DNA of 64,000 bases. It comes from Gammaproteobacteria bacterium (lineage in GTDB: Bacteria; Pseudomonadota; Gammaproteobacteria; Eutrophobiales; Eutrophobiaceae). The stretch's first letter is position 1. Each line of letters begins with the position of its first letter. Positions 47,194 to 58,188 of the stretch are shown here, piece after piece. A program made the translations under genes and the position numbers. The notes beneath the pieces were generated by a model. That model was not told where the DNA came from, searched no databases, and worked only from the letters and a program-made list of their open reading frames with translations. The stretch lies in contig OZ250183.1 of assembly GCA_965238225.1 (NCBI GenBank), forward strand, positions 608,001 to 672,000, read 5' to 3'.

Positions 47194-47601
47194 ATGCGCC
47201 ATCGTAAAAGCGGAAGACAATTAAATCGTAATAGTTCGCACCGTAAGGCTATGTTTAGAAACATGGCGGTGTCGCTGATGCAGAATGAAATAATTAAGAC
47301 AACTTTGCCAAAAGCAAAAGAATTGCGGCGTGTTGCAGAGCCATTGATTACCATGGCAAAAACTGATTCAGTAGCCAAACGCCGTTTGGCATTCTCACGT
47401 CTTCGTCACAGGAGCGTAGTGATTAAATTATTTAATGAATTAGGTCCAAGATATAAAGAGCGCTCAGGCGGTTATCTGCGTATTTTGAAGTGCGGTTTTC
47501 GCTCAGGCGATAAGGCACCAATGGCAATTGTAGAGCTGATGAATAGGCCTATTTCTGATGATTCGGCTTCTGATGTTCCGATTTCCGATGAAGAAGTATA
47601 G
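47194..47601 (+). CDS. rplQ: 50S ribosomal protein L17
   Basis: [17 protein letters not shown]. Confidence 0.99.
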   Translation: MRHRKSGRQLNRNSSHRKAMFRNMAVSLMQNEIIKTTLPKAKELRRVAEPLITMAKTDSVAKRRLAFSRLRHRSVVIKLFNELGPRYKERSGGYLRILKCGFRSGDKAPMAIVELMNRPISDDSASDVPISDEEV

Positions 47602-47797
47602 ATAAATCTTCAGTTTAGTTTATACAGATAATTGATAAACAGCAGGTAAATTTATTCTTTTTTTACTTACCCAAAGAAGAATAAATGAAAATGCATCCTA
47701 TGGATGCCTTCCTGAACATACCTTATGGGATTGTTTTCTAAAGTGTTAAGCTTGAGTGCTTACCTTCGGCATTCCTCATGTGTAAGAATCTGATAAT

Positions 47798-49246
47798 ATG
47801 CAATCAACCTATAAGATTAGCTCTATAATTTTTGGAGCATTAATTCTTGCGATAAGTTCTAGCGCACAAGGGGCTAATCTTGATATTTTGCCCAAAAAAG
47901 TTCAGAGTATCTTCAAGAAACACAATCTGCCTCATAATTCTTTGAGTTTATATTTCAAAGAAATAGGCGCACAACAACCTTTGCTTGTGCTACACGAAGA
48001 TTTTCCACGCAATCCTGCATCCAGTATCAAAATAATCACCACTTACGCTGCACTTGAACTGCTTTCTCCTGCTTATACGTGGCAGACTAATTTTTACTTG
48101 GATGGAACGCTGAGCAATGGCACGTTGGATGGTAATTTGATTATGCGTGGGGGAGGCGATCCGTTCCTAGTTAAAGAGGCTTTCTGGCATATTTTATTCA
48201 CCTTGCAAGCAAAAGGGTTAAAACATATTAAGGGTGATTTTTTGATTGACGATGAAGAGTTTGAAGACGAGACAGGCTCACCAAGTAATTTCGATAAAAG
48301 ACCTTATCGGGTATATAACGTATTCCCGGATGCTGCATTGGTTAATTTCCAAGCACATCAATTTCATTTTGCGCCACAAAAAAATGTTTTGCATATTTAT
48401 GCTGACCCTCCTGCAGCAACAATGAAGATAAATAATAAAGTGAAATTAAGCAAAGGTAGATGCCGAGGAAAGTATAAAAAAATTAAACATAGGGTTTCTA
48501 AACAAGGACAAGATGTAGTCGTTACATTTTCAGGAAATTATCCTCGTTCCTGTGGTCATCAACAGTTATTACGTACTATGATTCAAAATGATCAATATAT
48601 CTATGGTGTATTCAAATCATTATGGGAAGGTATGGGCGGAACCATTTCCGGGAAGCTTGGGAAAACCAAAATCAATGAAGAAAAACCATTTTATGTGGCT
48701 ACATCCAAGCCGTTGGGTGAGATTGTTGCTCATATCAATAAATACAGTAACAATGTAATGGCGCGCCAGTTATTACTGACGATTGGTAAAGAAAAATTGA
48801 AATCCGAAGACCAGGAAGGCAAGGGCAGTAAAATATTGGGACGACAAGCGATACAGGAATGGCTGCTCTCCGTAGACATACCAGCACCAGAATTAGTGTT
48901 GGATAATGGCTCAGGCTTGTCACGCAAGACAAGAGTCTCTGCGGCAACCATGGGTAAGTTGCTAGAGCATGCTTATTTTAGCTCTTATCAACCAGAATTT
49001 ATGGCATCATTACCGATGCTGGGCATTGATGGAACTTTACGTAAGCGTCTAAAAGGGTCTATCCCTGCGGGGAAAATTAGAATGAAGACTGGTTTTCTTA
49101 ATGGTGTAAGGGCGATGGCGGGATATGTGCGCAGCCAAAGTGATAAAAATTATGTTGTTGTTATGTTACAAAATCATCCCGGCATTCAAAACGGGGTTGG
49201 TACGCAGATACAGGATGGAGTTTTGAAGTGGTTGTATAAGAAGTAG
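47798..49246 (+). CDS. dacB: D-Ala-D-Ala carboxypeptidase/endopeptidase PBP4
   Basis: Signal peptide, PASSIK (SxxK), GGGDP, SNN, NGSGLSR, KTG. Confidence 0.93.
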   Translation: MQSTYKISSIIFGALILAISSSAQGANLDILPKKVQSIFKKHNLPHNSLSLYFKEIGAQQPLLVLHEDFPRNPASSIKIITTYAALELLSPAYTWQTNFYLDGTLSNGTLDGNLIMRGGGDPFLVKEAFWHILFTLQAKGLKHIKGDFLIDDEEFEDETGSPSNFDKRPYRVYNVFPDAALVNFQAHQFHFAPQKNVLHIYADPPAATMKINNKVKLSKGRCRGKYKKIKHRVSKQGQDVVVTFSGNYPRSCGHQQLLRTMIQNDQYIYGVFKSLWEGMGGTISGKLGKTKINEEKPFYVATSKPLGEIVAHINKYSNNVMARQLLLTIGKEKLKSEDQEGKGSKILGRQAIQEWLLSVDIPAPELVLDNGSGLSRKTRVSAATMGKLLEHAYFSSYQPEFMASLPMLGIDGTLRKRLKGSIPAGKIRMKTGFLNGVRAMAGYVRSQSDKNYVVVMLQNHPGIQNGVGTQIQDGVLKWLYKK

Positions 49247-49285
49247 TTAGTTTTCAGGCTTTTTCTCCTGTCTTGTGGCTATGTT

Positions 49286-49308
49286 CATTTGAACGTGCTG
49301 TTCAAATG
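49286..49308. terminator. Hairpin between converging dacB and orphan gene
   Basis: CATTTGAAC-GTGCT-GTTCAAATG 9-bp perfect stem; no clear U-tract. Confidence 0.45.
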
Positions 49309-49358
49309 TGCTTACAATCATTCGTCTATTCGGTACGATATAAGAGAGGCAATCCTTT

Positions 49359-49393
49359 CACTAACGTTGCCAATCAACCGCGTATTTTTATAT
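49359..49393 (-). mobile_element. Possible truncated integron attC remnant
   Basis: Minus strand ATATAAA-AATACGCGGTTGATTGGCAAC-GTTAGTG: ORF stop lies in an R''-like box and the right end resembles attC L'/R'; only 35 bp. Confidence 0.3.
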
Positions 49394-50044
49394 CGTTGGT
49401 TTTTTATCAGTGCTGGTAGAGCCTTCCAGTTGAAGGCGCTCAAAATTGTCAGAGTCTATGATTAGTGATGTAGTATTTATTATTCCATGCGTCTTGATTA
49501 AATCGCCCTTTTGCAAAGAATAGGCGTCTTCTTTCTTAGAAGAAGGTAGGGTTATGCATACAATCCCTCCTGATCTTTGGTTACATATAATCATTGCCCC
49601 GTCCATCCAATCAGATACCGAATAAACGGTGCCAGAAAAAACTACTGTCTTTCCATTAGTTTCTTTTCTGAGATTTGATTGTTCTTTAAACCTCCCATCA
49701 AGAGACTCAAGTTTATTAAAATAATCATCTATATTCAGTAATTGGTCTTGAGTTTGAGAGATTGGTTGCTTTATTAAAGGTTCTTGAATTGTAGTATTTG
49801 AGCTACTGATGTTCGAACCAGCTACACTTATACTTTCGATGGATTTATCTTTTGCATCATCAAAAAAGTCTGTTTTACGATATACCGCTGTAACTGTAAC
49901 GACCAACTCAATTAATAAAGCCAAGTACAACGGCGTTAGGTACTTATCTTCGATGGTGAAAACCTTAGTGATTCCAAGAAGTGTCACTACAGCTGTAACA
50001 AAGAAAATAAATAAAAATGTATAAAACAGGCATTTTTTCATCAT
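49388..50044 (-). CDS. Orphan membrane protein: two N-terminal TM helices, linker, C-terminal OB-fold-like domain
   Basis: Two hydrophobic segments in the first ~55 aa; GKTVVFSGTVYSV...SLQKGDLIKTHG pattern resembles tRNA_anti-like OB folds. Confidence 0.75.
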   Translation of the reverse strand: MMKKCLFYTFLFIFFVTAVVTLLGITKVFTIEDKYLTPLYLALLIELVVTVTAVYRKTDFFDDAKDKSIESISVAGSNISSSNTTIQEPLIKQPISQTQDQLLNIDDYFNKLESLDGRFKEQSNLRKETNGKTVVFSGTVYSVSDWMDGAMIICNQRSGGIVCITLPSSKKEDAYSLQKGDLIKTHGIINTTSLIIDSDNFERLQLEGSTSTDKKPTI

Positions 50045-50241
50045 TAACAACTCTGGCTATATATTAAGAGATAACTTGTTAAATTAATGTATATAGGTTC
50101 TAAAAAATAATATGATAGAAACCTCTTTTTTTATTCGTTCGTGTCTGGCTGTATCAGTATACATGGTTTTATGATAACTACTCAGACGTTGGCTTTGGTT
50201 TCGTGAAATGTCTTGGCTTATTCATCCGTGACGACACCCAT

Positions 50242-51687
50242 TCATTTTAATTTTTCTTGCAACAATTGATTGGCTTTTTGTGGGTTGGCTTTTCCTTTAG
50301 ATTGTTTCATTATTTGTCCAATAAAGAATCCGATTAATTTTCCTTGTTTTTCTTTAGGGCTTTCCTGATATTGTTTAACTTGCTTAGGGTTCGCTGCAAT
50401 GACATCATCAATTAATTTCTCAATAGTGCCTGTATCTGTAACTTGTTTTAAGCCTTTTTTTTCAATGATTTCATCGGCATTTCCTGCGCCCTTACACATG
50501 GCTTCGAATACCTGTTTGGCCATTTTACTGGAGATGGTGTTGTCTTTAATGCGTTTTACCATGCCGCCTAACATTTCTGCACTAACGGGGCTTTCTGAAA
50601 TATCTGTATTATTTTTATTTAAACTTGCCAAGAGTTCACCCATTACCCAATTTGCACTTAACTTTGCTTCACCATCGGCGCTTTTTACGACGGTCTCGAA
50701 ATATTCTGCCTGATCACGATTGCTTGTTAAGACATCACTATCATATTCTGACAGGCCGTATTCGCTGATGAATCTTTTACGTTTTGTTTCTGGTAACTCT
50801 GGAAGTTCTGCTTTTATCGCCTCTATAGTTTTTTGATTCAAACAAACAGGAAGTAAATCTGGATCTGGGAAGTAGCGGTAATCATTAGCTTCTTCTTTGC
50901 TGCGCATGGTTCTTGTTTCGTTTTTATGTGGGTCATATAAAAGCGTTTCCTGAATGACTTTGCCACCGGATTTGATGATATCTATTTGACGTACAACCTC
51001 GTGGTTGATTGCTTGTTCGATAAATTTAAAGGAATTTAGGTTTTTTAGTTCAGTCCGCGTGCCCATTTCATTTTGGCCTTTGGGTCGTACAGAAACATTG
51101 GCATCACATCGAAATGAACCTTCCTGCATATTGCCGTCACATATTTTTAGATAACGAACAATGGCATGAATCTTTTTCAAATAGGCAATCGCCTCTTCAG
51201 CAGAACGCATGTCTGGTTCTGAGACAATTTCGATTAATGGCGTGCCTGCACGATTGAGATCGATACCAGTGTTATCAAAGAAGCCATCATGGACAGATTT
51301 TCCAGCATCCTCTTCTAGATGGGCGCGAGTGATACCAATGGTTTTCTTACTGTCGTTAGCTAGTTGAATTTCAATGCTGCCATTGCCGACAATCGGCAAT
51401 TCAAATTGACTGATTTGATAGCCTTTTGGTAGATCAGGATAAAAATAATTCTTGCGCGCAAAGACTGATTTATCAGCAATATGGGCATCCACCGCCAGAC
51501 CAAATTTGATCGCCATCTCAATAGCTTTCTGGTTGAGCACGGGTAAAACTCCCGGTAGGCCTAAATCTACGGCACAGGCCTGAGTATTTGCTTGTGCGCC
51601 ATAGGTCGTTGCGGCACTTGAAAATATTTTACTTTTGGTGGCAAGCTGGGCATGTATCTCAAGCCCAATCACTGGTTCCCATTGCAT
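50242..51687 (-). CDS. gatB: Asp/Glu-tRNA amidotransferase subunit B
   Basis: [36 protein letters not shown]. Confidence 0.99.
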   Translation of the reverse strand: MQWEPVIGLEIHAQLATKSKIFSSAATTYGAQANTQACAVDLGLPGVLPVLNQKAIEMAIKFGLAVDAHIADKSVFARKNYFYPDLPKGYQISQFELPIVGNGSIEIQLANDSKKTIGITRAHLEEDAGKSVHDGFFDNTGIDLNRAGTPLIEIVSEPDMRSAEEAIAYLKKIHAIVRYLKICDGNMQEGSFRCDANVSVRPKGQNEMGTRTELKNLNSFKFIEQAINHEVVRQIDIIKSGGKVIQETLLYDPHKNETRTMRSKEEANDYRYFPDPDLLPVCLNQKTIEAIKAELPELPETKRKRFISEYGLSEYDSDVLTSNRDQAEYFETVVKSADGEAKLSANWVMGELLASLNKNNTDISESPVSAEMLGGMVKRIKDNTISSKMAKQVFEAMCKGAGNADEIIEKKGLKQVTDTGTIEKLIDDVIAANPKQVKQYQESPKEKQGKLIGFFIGQIMKQSKGKANPQKANQLLQEKLK

Positions 51688-51689
51688 GA

Positions 51690-53144
51690 TTATTCAAACC
51701 CCTTGGGAGACTGCTGGTGCCAGTCTGTGGCCTGTTGGAATTTATGTGCAATGTTCAGCAGTTTTGCTTCAGAGAAATAATCGCCGATGATTTGCATGCC
51801 TACCGGGAGTTCTGTGACAAAACCAGCAGGCACAGAGACGGCAGGTAGCCCAGCCAGATTTACTGATACGGTGTAAATGTCTGACAGATACATACTAACA
51901 GGATCATCAGTGAATTCATTTAGTTTAAAAGCTACTTGTGGTGCGGTGGGTCCGATAATGATATCAACATTTTCAAGTGCCCTGCGAAAATCATCACGTA
52001 TTAAACGGCGAAGTTTTTGTGCTTTTAGATAATAGGCATCGTAATAACCAGCAGACAAAACATAAGTTCCGGTGATGATTCGTCGTTTCACTTCTTTATC
52101 AAACCCTTCAGCGCGTGATCGTAGATATAGATCAGTCAAATCTTCCGGGTCATCACAACGATGCCCAAAATGAACCCCGTCAAAACGTGCCAGATTAGAC
52201 GAACATTCTGCTGTTGCAATCACGTAATACGCAGGGATGGATAGTTCTGAATTCGGTAATTCAATTTCTTTAATATTTGCACCAAGATTCTCTAACTCTT
52301 TGACAGCTGTTTGCATTACAGACTCAATGCTGGCATCAAGTCGGTCATCAAAATATTGTTTGGGCAAGCCAATTGTCAGCCCGTCGAGGTTTGCATTGAG
52401 ATTTTTTGTGTAATCTTCAATAGGTTGCTCTGCTGACGTTGAGTCACGTTCATCAAAACCTGCCATAGCATTTAACATGATGGCGGCATCTTCAGCCGTT
52501 TGTGTCATAGGGCCTCCTTGATCGAGACTAGATGCGTAAGCAATCATGCCGTAGCGTGAAACCCTGCCATAGGTGGGTTTCAGGCCAGTTATTCCGCATA
52601 AGGAAGCAGGTTGGCGAATTGAACCTCCAGTATCCGTTCCTGTTGCAACAGGAACAAGTTTTGCTGCTACCGCCGCCGCCGATCCCCCTGAAGAACCACC
52701 AGGAACACGATTCGTATCCCATGGATTTTTAGTTGCACCATAGAAGCTGGTTTCGCTTGTTGAGCCCATAGCAAACTCATCCATATTGGTTTTGCCTAAT
52801 ATCACCATGCCTGCCTCGTGCAAACGAGCAACAACAGTCGCATCATAAGGAGCAATAAAATTATCCAGCATCTTTGAGCCGCAGCTAGTCTTTGTGCCTC
52901 TAGTACAGAAGATATCTTTATGCGCCAGAGGAATCCCTGTCAATGGCTTCGCATTACCACTTAGTATTTTTTTATCTGCAGATTTAGCCTGTTCTATGGC
53001 TTCTTCAGGTATCAAACTAATGAAGCAGTTTAAATCTGCATTATGTAATTCACATCGAGACAGATAAGATGATACAAGTTCTTCACTGCTGAATTCTTTA
53101 TTTTGCAATGCGCTGTTTAATTCTTTGATTGTTTTATTGTGCAT
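51690..53144 (-). CDS. gatA: Asp/Glu-tRNA amidotransferase subunit A
   Basis: [33 protein letters not shown]. Confidence 0.99.
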   Translation of the reverse strand: MHNKTIKELNSALQNKEFSSEELVSSYLSRCELHNADLNCFISLIPEEAIEQAKSADKKILSGNAKPLTGIPLAHKDIFCTRGTKTSCGSKMLDNFIAPYDATVVARLHEAGMVILGKTNMDEFAMGSTSETSFYGATKNPWDTNRVPGGSSGGSAAAVAAKLVPVATGTDTGGSIRQPASLCGITGLKPTYGRVSRYGMIAYASSLDQGGPMTQTAEDAAIMLNAMAGFDERDSTSAEQPIEDYTKNLNANLDGLTIGLPKQYFDDRLDASIESVMQTAVKELENLGANIKEIELPNSELSIPAYYVIATAECSSNLARFDGVHFGHRCDDPEDLTDLYLRSRAEGFDKEVKRRIITGTYVLSAGYYDAYYLKAQKLRRLIRDDFRRALENVDIIIGPTAPQVAFKLNEFTDDPVSMYLSDIYTVSVNLAGLPAVSVPAGFVTELPVGMQIIGDYFSEAKLLNIAHKFQQATDWHQQSPKGFE

Positions 53145-53255
53145 GAAATTCCGTAAATATTTATGACAATGTCTTTTTGTATTATGTTTATCCTGTAGCG
53201 TGTTTAGCTAAAGATCTCTACGGAGATCGTAGTCTTGAGGGTTTGACCTTCTTGT

Positions 53256-53543
53256 TTATTCAATAACCTTCGGAACAAGATAATAACCATTATCTACAGA
53301 CGGGGCACATTTTTGAAAATGTGTCCGCTGATTAGTTTCTGTGACTTTGTCACTCCTAAGTCTGGCGGTGAGTTCCAGCGGATGGGCAAGTGGTTCGATA
53401 TTATCTGTATCTACATCATTCATTTTCTTAACCAGCTTTAAAATGTTAGACACATCATGAAGGTAATTTGGGATATCTTCTTCTGCAATACGAAGACGCG
53501 CCAACCAGGCAATTTTGTTGATATCAGACTTATCTAGAGACAT
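53256..53543 (-). CDS. gatC: Asp/Glu-tRNA amidotransferase subunit C
   Basis: IAWLARL, LRSDKVTE, YLVPKVIE. Confidence 0.98.
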   Translation of the reverse strand: MSLDKSDINKIAWLARLRIAEEDIPNYLHDVSNILKLVKKMNDVDTDNIEPLAHPLELTARLRSDKVTETNQRTHFQKCAPSVDNGYYLVPKVIE

Positions 53544-53848
53544 TCAATATCCTGCTATTAGTTTTATTTACCATTGGAAATTTATCACATTCTATCTATC
53601 ACTTGCCCAAAGTGATACTCATTGTTACAGTTACGGCATTAAGCAGGAAAGTTTCTGCAAGGAGCCTTGCAATTACCCTAAAATTAACCCTAAAAAGCCA
53701 GAAAATGAGTAAAATAAGCACCTTTGGTGATTCCGTAGCAAACGCCGCAATAGACCTTTTTCAAGCAGCTATGCCTAGGCGCTTGTTTTTAAGCTGAAAT
53801 TAGCCAAGCTTTTTCCACTAAAGCGTATCATATTTAATTTAACCATAA

Positions 53849-54913
<1,065 letters not shown>

Positions 54914-54944
54914 CATAGTTTTTTTATCAAGAAGGAGGCAGGCG

Positions 54945-55817
54945 ATTAGTACGCTGTTTCTCAAGAGTTCATTTATCAATGTGCGCGTTGTTGCACTCAT
55001 CTTGGTTTCATTAATCATAATGGCCGTTGACCATCGATATGGTCACCTAGAGAAAGTGCGCTCGGTACTTTCGGTTTTTGTCTATCCTTTACAATATGTT
55101 GCCAATCTGCCTATTACAGTCATTAGTTGGACATCAAAGGAACTGACAACGCGAGCTAAGTTGATGGAAGAGAACTCCCGGTTGCGTAATGAGCAGTTGG
55201 TGCTTGGTTCAAAAATACAGAAATATGAAATTCTTGAAGCAGAAAATGAGCATCTCAGGGATATGCTGCGCTCATCTAAACGGCTTGATGAACGAGTACT
55301 TATTGCAGAATTATTAGCGGTTGATTTGCAATCCTTCAGACATAAAATCACGATTAATAAAGGTCAAAGTGAAGGTGTTTACAACGGTCAGCCTGTTGTT
55401 GATGCCAACGGTGTGATGGGTCAAGTAATTCATGTCGGACCATTTTCCAGCACAGTACTTTTGTTGACTGATCCTGCGCATGCAATTCCAGTGCAAATCA
55501 ATCGTAACGGACTAAGATCAGTTGCTGCGGGCACAGGTCAAAGTCATATTCTACAACTGGAGCATCTATCCAATAATGTTGATATTAAAGAAGGTGACTT
55601 AGTGATATCTTCAGGATTGGGGAGAAGATTTCCGTATGGATACCCTGTAGGTGTTGTTCGTAGTATTAGTCGTGTTCTAGGAGAACCTTTTGCAAAGGTG
55701 ACTATCACCCCCAGCGCCCAACTTAAAAAGAGTCGACAGGTATTATTGGTTTGGCTAGGAACGGACTTCCGGTCATTACTAGATGTTGAGCCTCCAGTTG
55801 TTGATGCGGACATGTAA
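54945..55817 (+). CDS. mreC: Rod shape-determining protein MreC
   Basis: TM helix, coiled coil (LEAENEHLR), SSGLGRRFPYGYPVG; start placed at ATT 54945 after AAGGAGG (alternatives TTG 54906, GTG 54981). Confidence 0.95.
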   Translation: MSTLFLKSSFINVRVVALILVSLIIMAVDHRYGHLEKVRSVLSVFVYPLQYVANLPITVISWTSKELTTRAKLMEENSRLRNEQLVLGSKIQKYEILEAENEHLRDMLRSSKRLDERVLIAELLAVDLQSFRHKITINKGQSEGVYNGQPVVDANGVMGQVIHVGPFSSTVLLLTDPAHAIPVQINRNGLRSVAAGTGQSHILQLEHLSNNVDIKEGDLVISSGLGRRFPYGYPVGVVRSISRVLGEPFAKVTITPSAQLKKSRQVLLVWLGTDFRSLLDVEPPVVDADM

Positions 55818-55829
55818 GCGAGACTGTAA

Positions 55830-56315
55830 ATGTTAAATAAAAATAACGGTGGCTGGATAATATTTATAAGCTTGCTAATTGCATTTATATTAACAGCTTT
55901 ACCTTTGCCTGCCTGGGGCAATGATTGGCGACCTGCTTGGGTTATAATGGTGTTTATTTATTGGTGTATGGCACTACCGCACAGGATAGGCATCGGGATT
56001 GCATGGTGTCTGGGTCTGTTTCTGGATGTACAACAAGGTGTCTTACTAGGTCAAAATGCCATGAGTTTGACATTGATCGCTTATTTTGTGTTTCAGACTC
56101 ACAAACGTTTTCGTATTTTCCCGTTGGTTCAACAATCCTGTCTAATCGGGTTCGTAATTATAATTTATTTACTTATTGCCTTATGGGTTAATAAGATTAT
56201 GGGAATACCCTCTCAGACATGGACTTATTGGATGCCCTCAATAAGCAGTATGGTTCTGTGGCCATGGTTGTTTATTATTCTTAGGGACATACGCCGCAAG
56301 TATCACGTGAGCTAA
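55830..56315 (+). CDS. mreD: Rod shape-determining protein MreD
   Basis: WRPAW, YWCMALPHRIG, LWPWLF; hydrophobic; operon position. Confidence 0.95.
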   Translation: MLNKNNGGWIIFISLLIAFILTALPLPAWGNDWRPAWVIMVFIYWCMALPHRIGIGIAWCLGLFLDVQQGVLLGQNAMSLTLIAYFVFQTHKRFRIFPLVQQSCLIGFVIIIYLLIALWVNKIMGIPSQTWTYWMPSISSMVLWPWLFIILRDIRRKYHVS

Positions 56316-56334
56316 TAGTAATACTCGTCAAATT

Positions 56335-58188
56335 ATGGGTTTAAAGTTTACACTTAAAGATATTAAAGAGGAATCAAGACTCGTTCGTTTTCGTATTTAT
56401 ACTGCAGTGGTAATAATTATTTTATTAGTAATAATACTTGTTGGACGCTTGTTTTATTTGCAAGTGATTCGATATGATTATTTTACTACCTTATCTCAAA
56501 ACAACAGAGTTAAGATTTTACCGATTCCGCCGATCCGGGGACTGGTCTTTAGTCGAGACGGTGTTTTGGTCGCAGACAATCATCCTTCATTTAGTCTGGA
56601 ATTAATTCCAGAGAAAATTGAGAATTTGGACGAGACAATAAGCCAGATTTCCAGATTGATTGATATTGATGAAGAAAATATTAATCGTTTCAAAAAACTA
56701 CAGCAAGACGAAAGACATCTCGAGAGCATACCGCTTAAATTTAATTTGTCAGAGGATGAAATCGCACGTTTTTCTGTCGATCGACATAAGATTCCCAGTG
56801 CTAAAGTGATTGTTCGTTTTTATCGCCGTTATCCCAAGAAATCAAATTTGGTGCATGTATTGGGATATGTCGCCCGTGTTGATAAGAAAGATCTGCAAAA
56901 TATTAATGAGTCAGATTACCTAGGCACAACTCATATTGGGAAACTTGGTGTTGAGAAAGCATATGAAGATTTATTACATGGGCGTGTAGGTCATCAACAA
57001 GTTGAAGTCAATGCTCAAGGCATCATCATCCGTGTTCTTGAAAAAGCCTCACCAAAATCTGGTCAAAATATTCATTTGACCTTGGATCTTTCACTACAGA
57101 CTGTTGCAGCTAATCTTATGTCTGAGAAACGCGGATCGATCGTTGCTATGGATCCTGAAAATGGAGATATCTTGGCGCTTGTCAGTGCGCCCGCTTATGA
57201 CCCGAACCCTTTCGTAAACGGTATAGATTCAGAGTCATACAAGGTGTTACTGAATGACAAGGACACGCCTCTTGTCAACCGAGCGCTTAATGGCAAATAT
57301 CCTCCAGGTTCGACTGTAAAACCTTTTTTAGGAATCGCGGCACTCACACTCGGCATTAGAGAGAATGCTGAAAAAACCTGGTGTAAGGGTTGGTATTCAT
57401 TAAAGAACCATGAACATCGTTATCGTGACTGGAAAAAAGATGGACATGGTCATTTAGCCTTAAAGGATGCAATTATAGAATCTTGCGATGTTTATTTTTA
57501 CGCATTGGCGCACGATTTCGGTATAACTAGACTGAATAAAGCTTTAACGAATTTTGGCTTTGGCCGTAAGACGGGGATTGATATTGGTGGAGAATCACCG
57601 GCATTGGCTCCCTCTATCGAGTGGAAACGTCGAGTATTGAATCAACCATGGTACCCTGGTGAAACTTTAATCGCTGGCATTGGTCAGGGTTATGTCTTAA
57701 CAACACCTTTACAACTCGCCACAGCAACCGCTATCTTGGCTAACCATGGTAAACGTGTTTCTCCAAGATTAGTAAATAAAACAAGCGATCCTGTTTCAGG
57801 AGAATTCACAATATTGCCATTTACAACCCCGAACTATGTTGATGACTACAAAAAGGAATATTGGGATTATATTATACAAGCTATGGAAGGTGTCGTTCAT
57901 GGAGGGAGAGGGACTGCCAGACTCAGCGGCGCTAATGCTGCCTATAAGTTTGCTGGAAAGACAGGAACAGCACAAGTAGTGAGCATTGGGCAGGATGAAG
58001 ACGACGATGATATACCGCAACAGTTTCGAGACCATGCATTATTTATTGCATTTGCTCCTGTCGAGACACCTAAAATAGCACTGGCCATTATTGTAGAAAA
58101 TGGTGGAGACGGATCAGCAACTGCTGCACCTATTGCTAGGCAATTACTTGATCACTATTTGCTGGATGAGCATGGGAATCTTAAATGA
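56335..58188 (+). CDS. mrdA: Penicillin-binding protein 2
   Basis: YPPGSTVK, SCDVYFY, GKTGTAQ. Confidence 0.97.
   Translation: MGLKFTLKDIKEESRLVRFRIYTAVVIIILLVIILVGRLFYLQVIRYDYFTTLSQNNRVKILPIPPIRGLVFSRDGVLVADNHPSFSLELIPEKIENLDETISQISRLIDIDEENINRFKKLQQDERHLESIPLKFNLSEDEIARFSVDRHKIPSAKVIVRFYRRYPKKSNLVHVLGYVARVDKKDLQNINESDYLGTTHIGKLGVEKAYEDLLHGRVGHQQVEVNAQGIIIRVLEKASPKSGQNIHLTLDLSLQTVAANLMSEKRGSIVAMDPENGDILALVSAPAYDPNPFVNGIDSESYKVLLNDKDTPLVNRALNGKYPPGSTVKPFLGIAALTLGIRENAEKTWCKGWYSLKNHEHRYRDWKKDGHGHLALKDAIIESCDVYFYALAHDFGITRLNKALTNFGFGRKTGIDIGGESPALAPSIEWKRRVLNQPWYPGETLIAGIGQGYVLTTPLQLATATAILANHGKRVSPRLVNKTSDPVSGEFTILPFTTPNYVDDYKKEYWDYIIQAMEGVVHGGRGTARLSGANAAYKFAGKTGTAQVVSIGQDEDDDDIPQQFRDHALFIAFAPVETPKIALAIIVENGGDGSATAAPIARQLLDHYLLDEHGNLK

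Noticed and set aside
15764-47378. Many 60-157 aa antisense and off-frame ORFs over tuf, rpoBC, fusA and ribosomal genes
   Set aside because: Shadow ORFs expected from codon bias; no recognisable motifs
49270-50226. Imperfect direct repeat GTCTTGTGGCTATGTTCAT / GTCTTGGCTTATTCAT flanking the orphan gene as a target-site duplication
   Set aside because: Needs several indels to align; not distinguishable from chance
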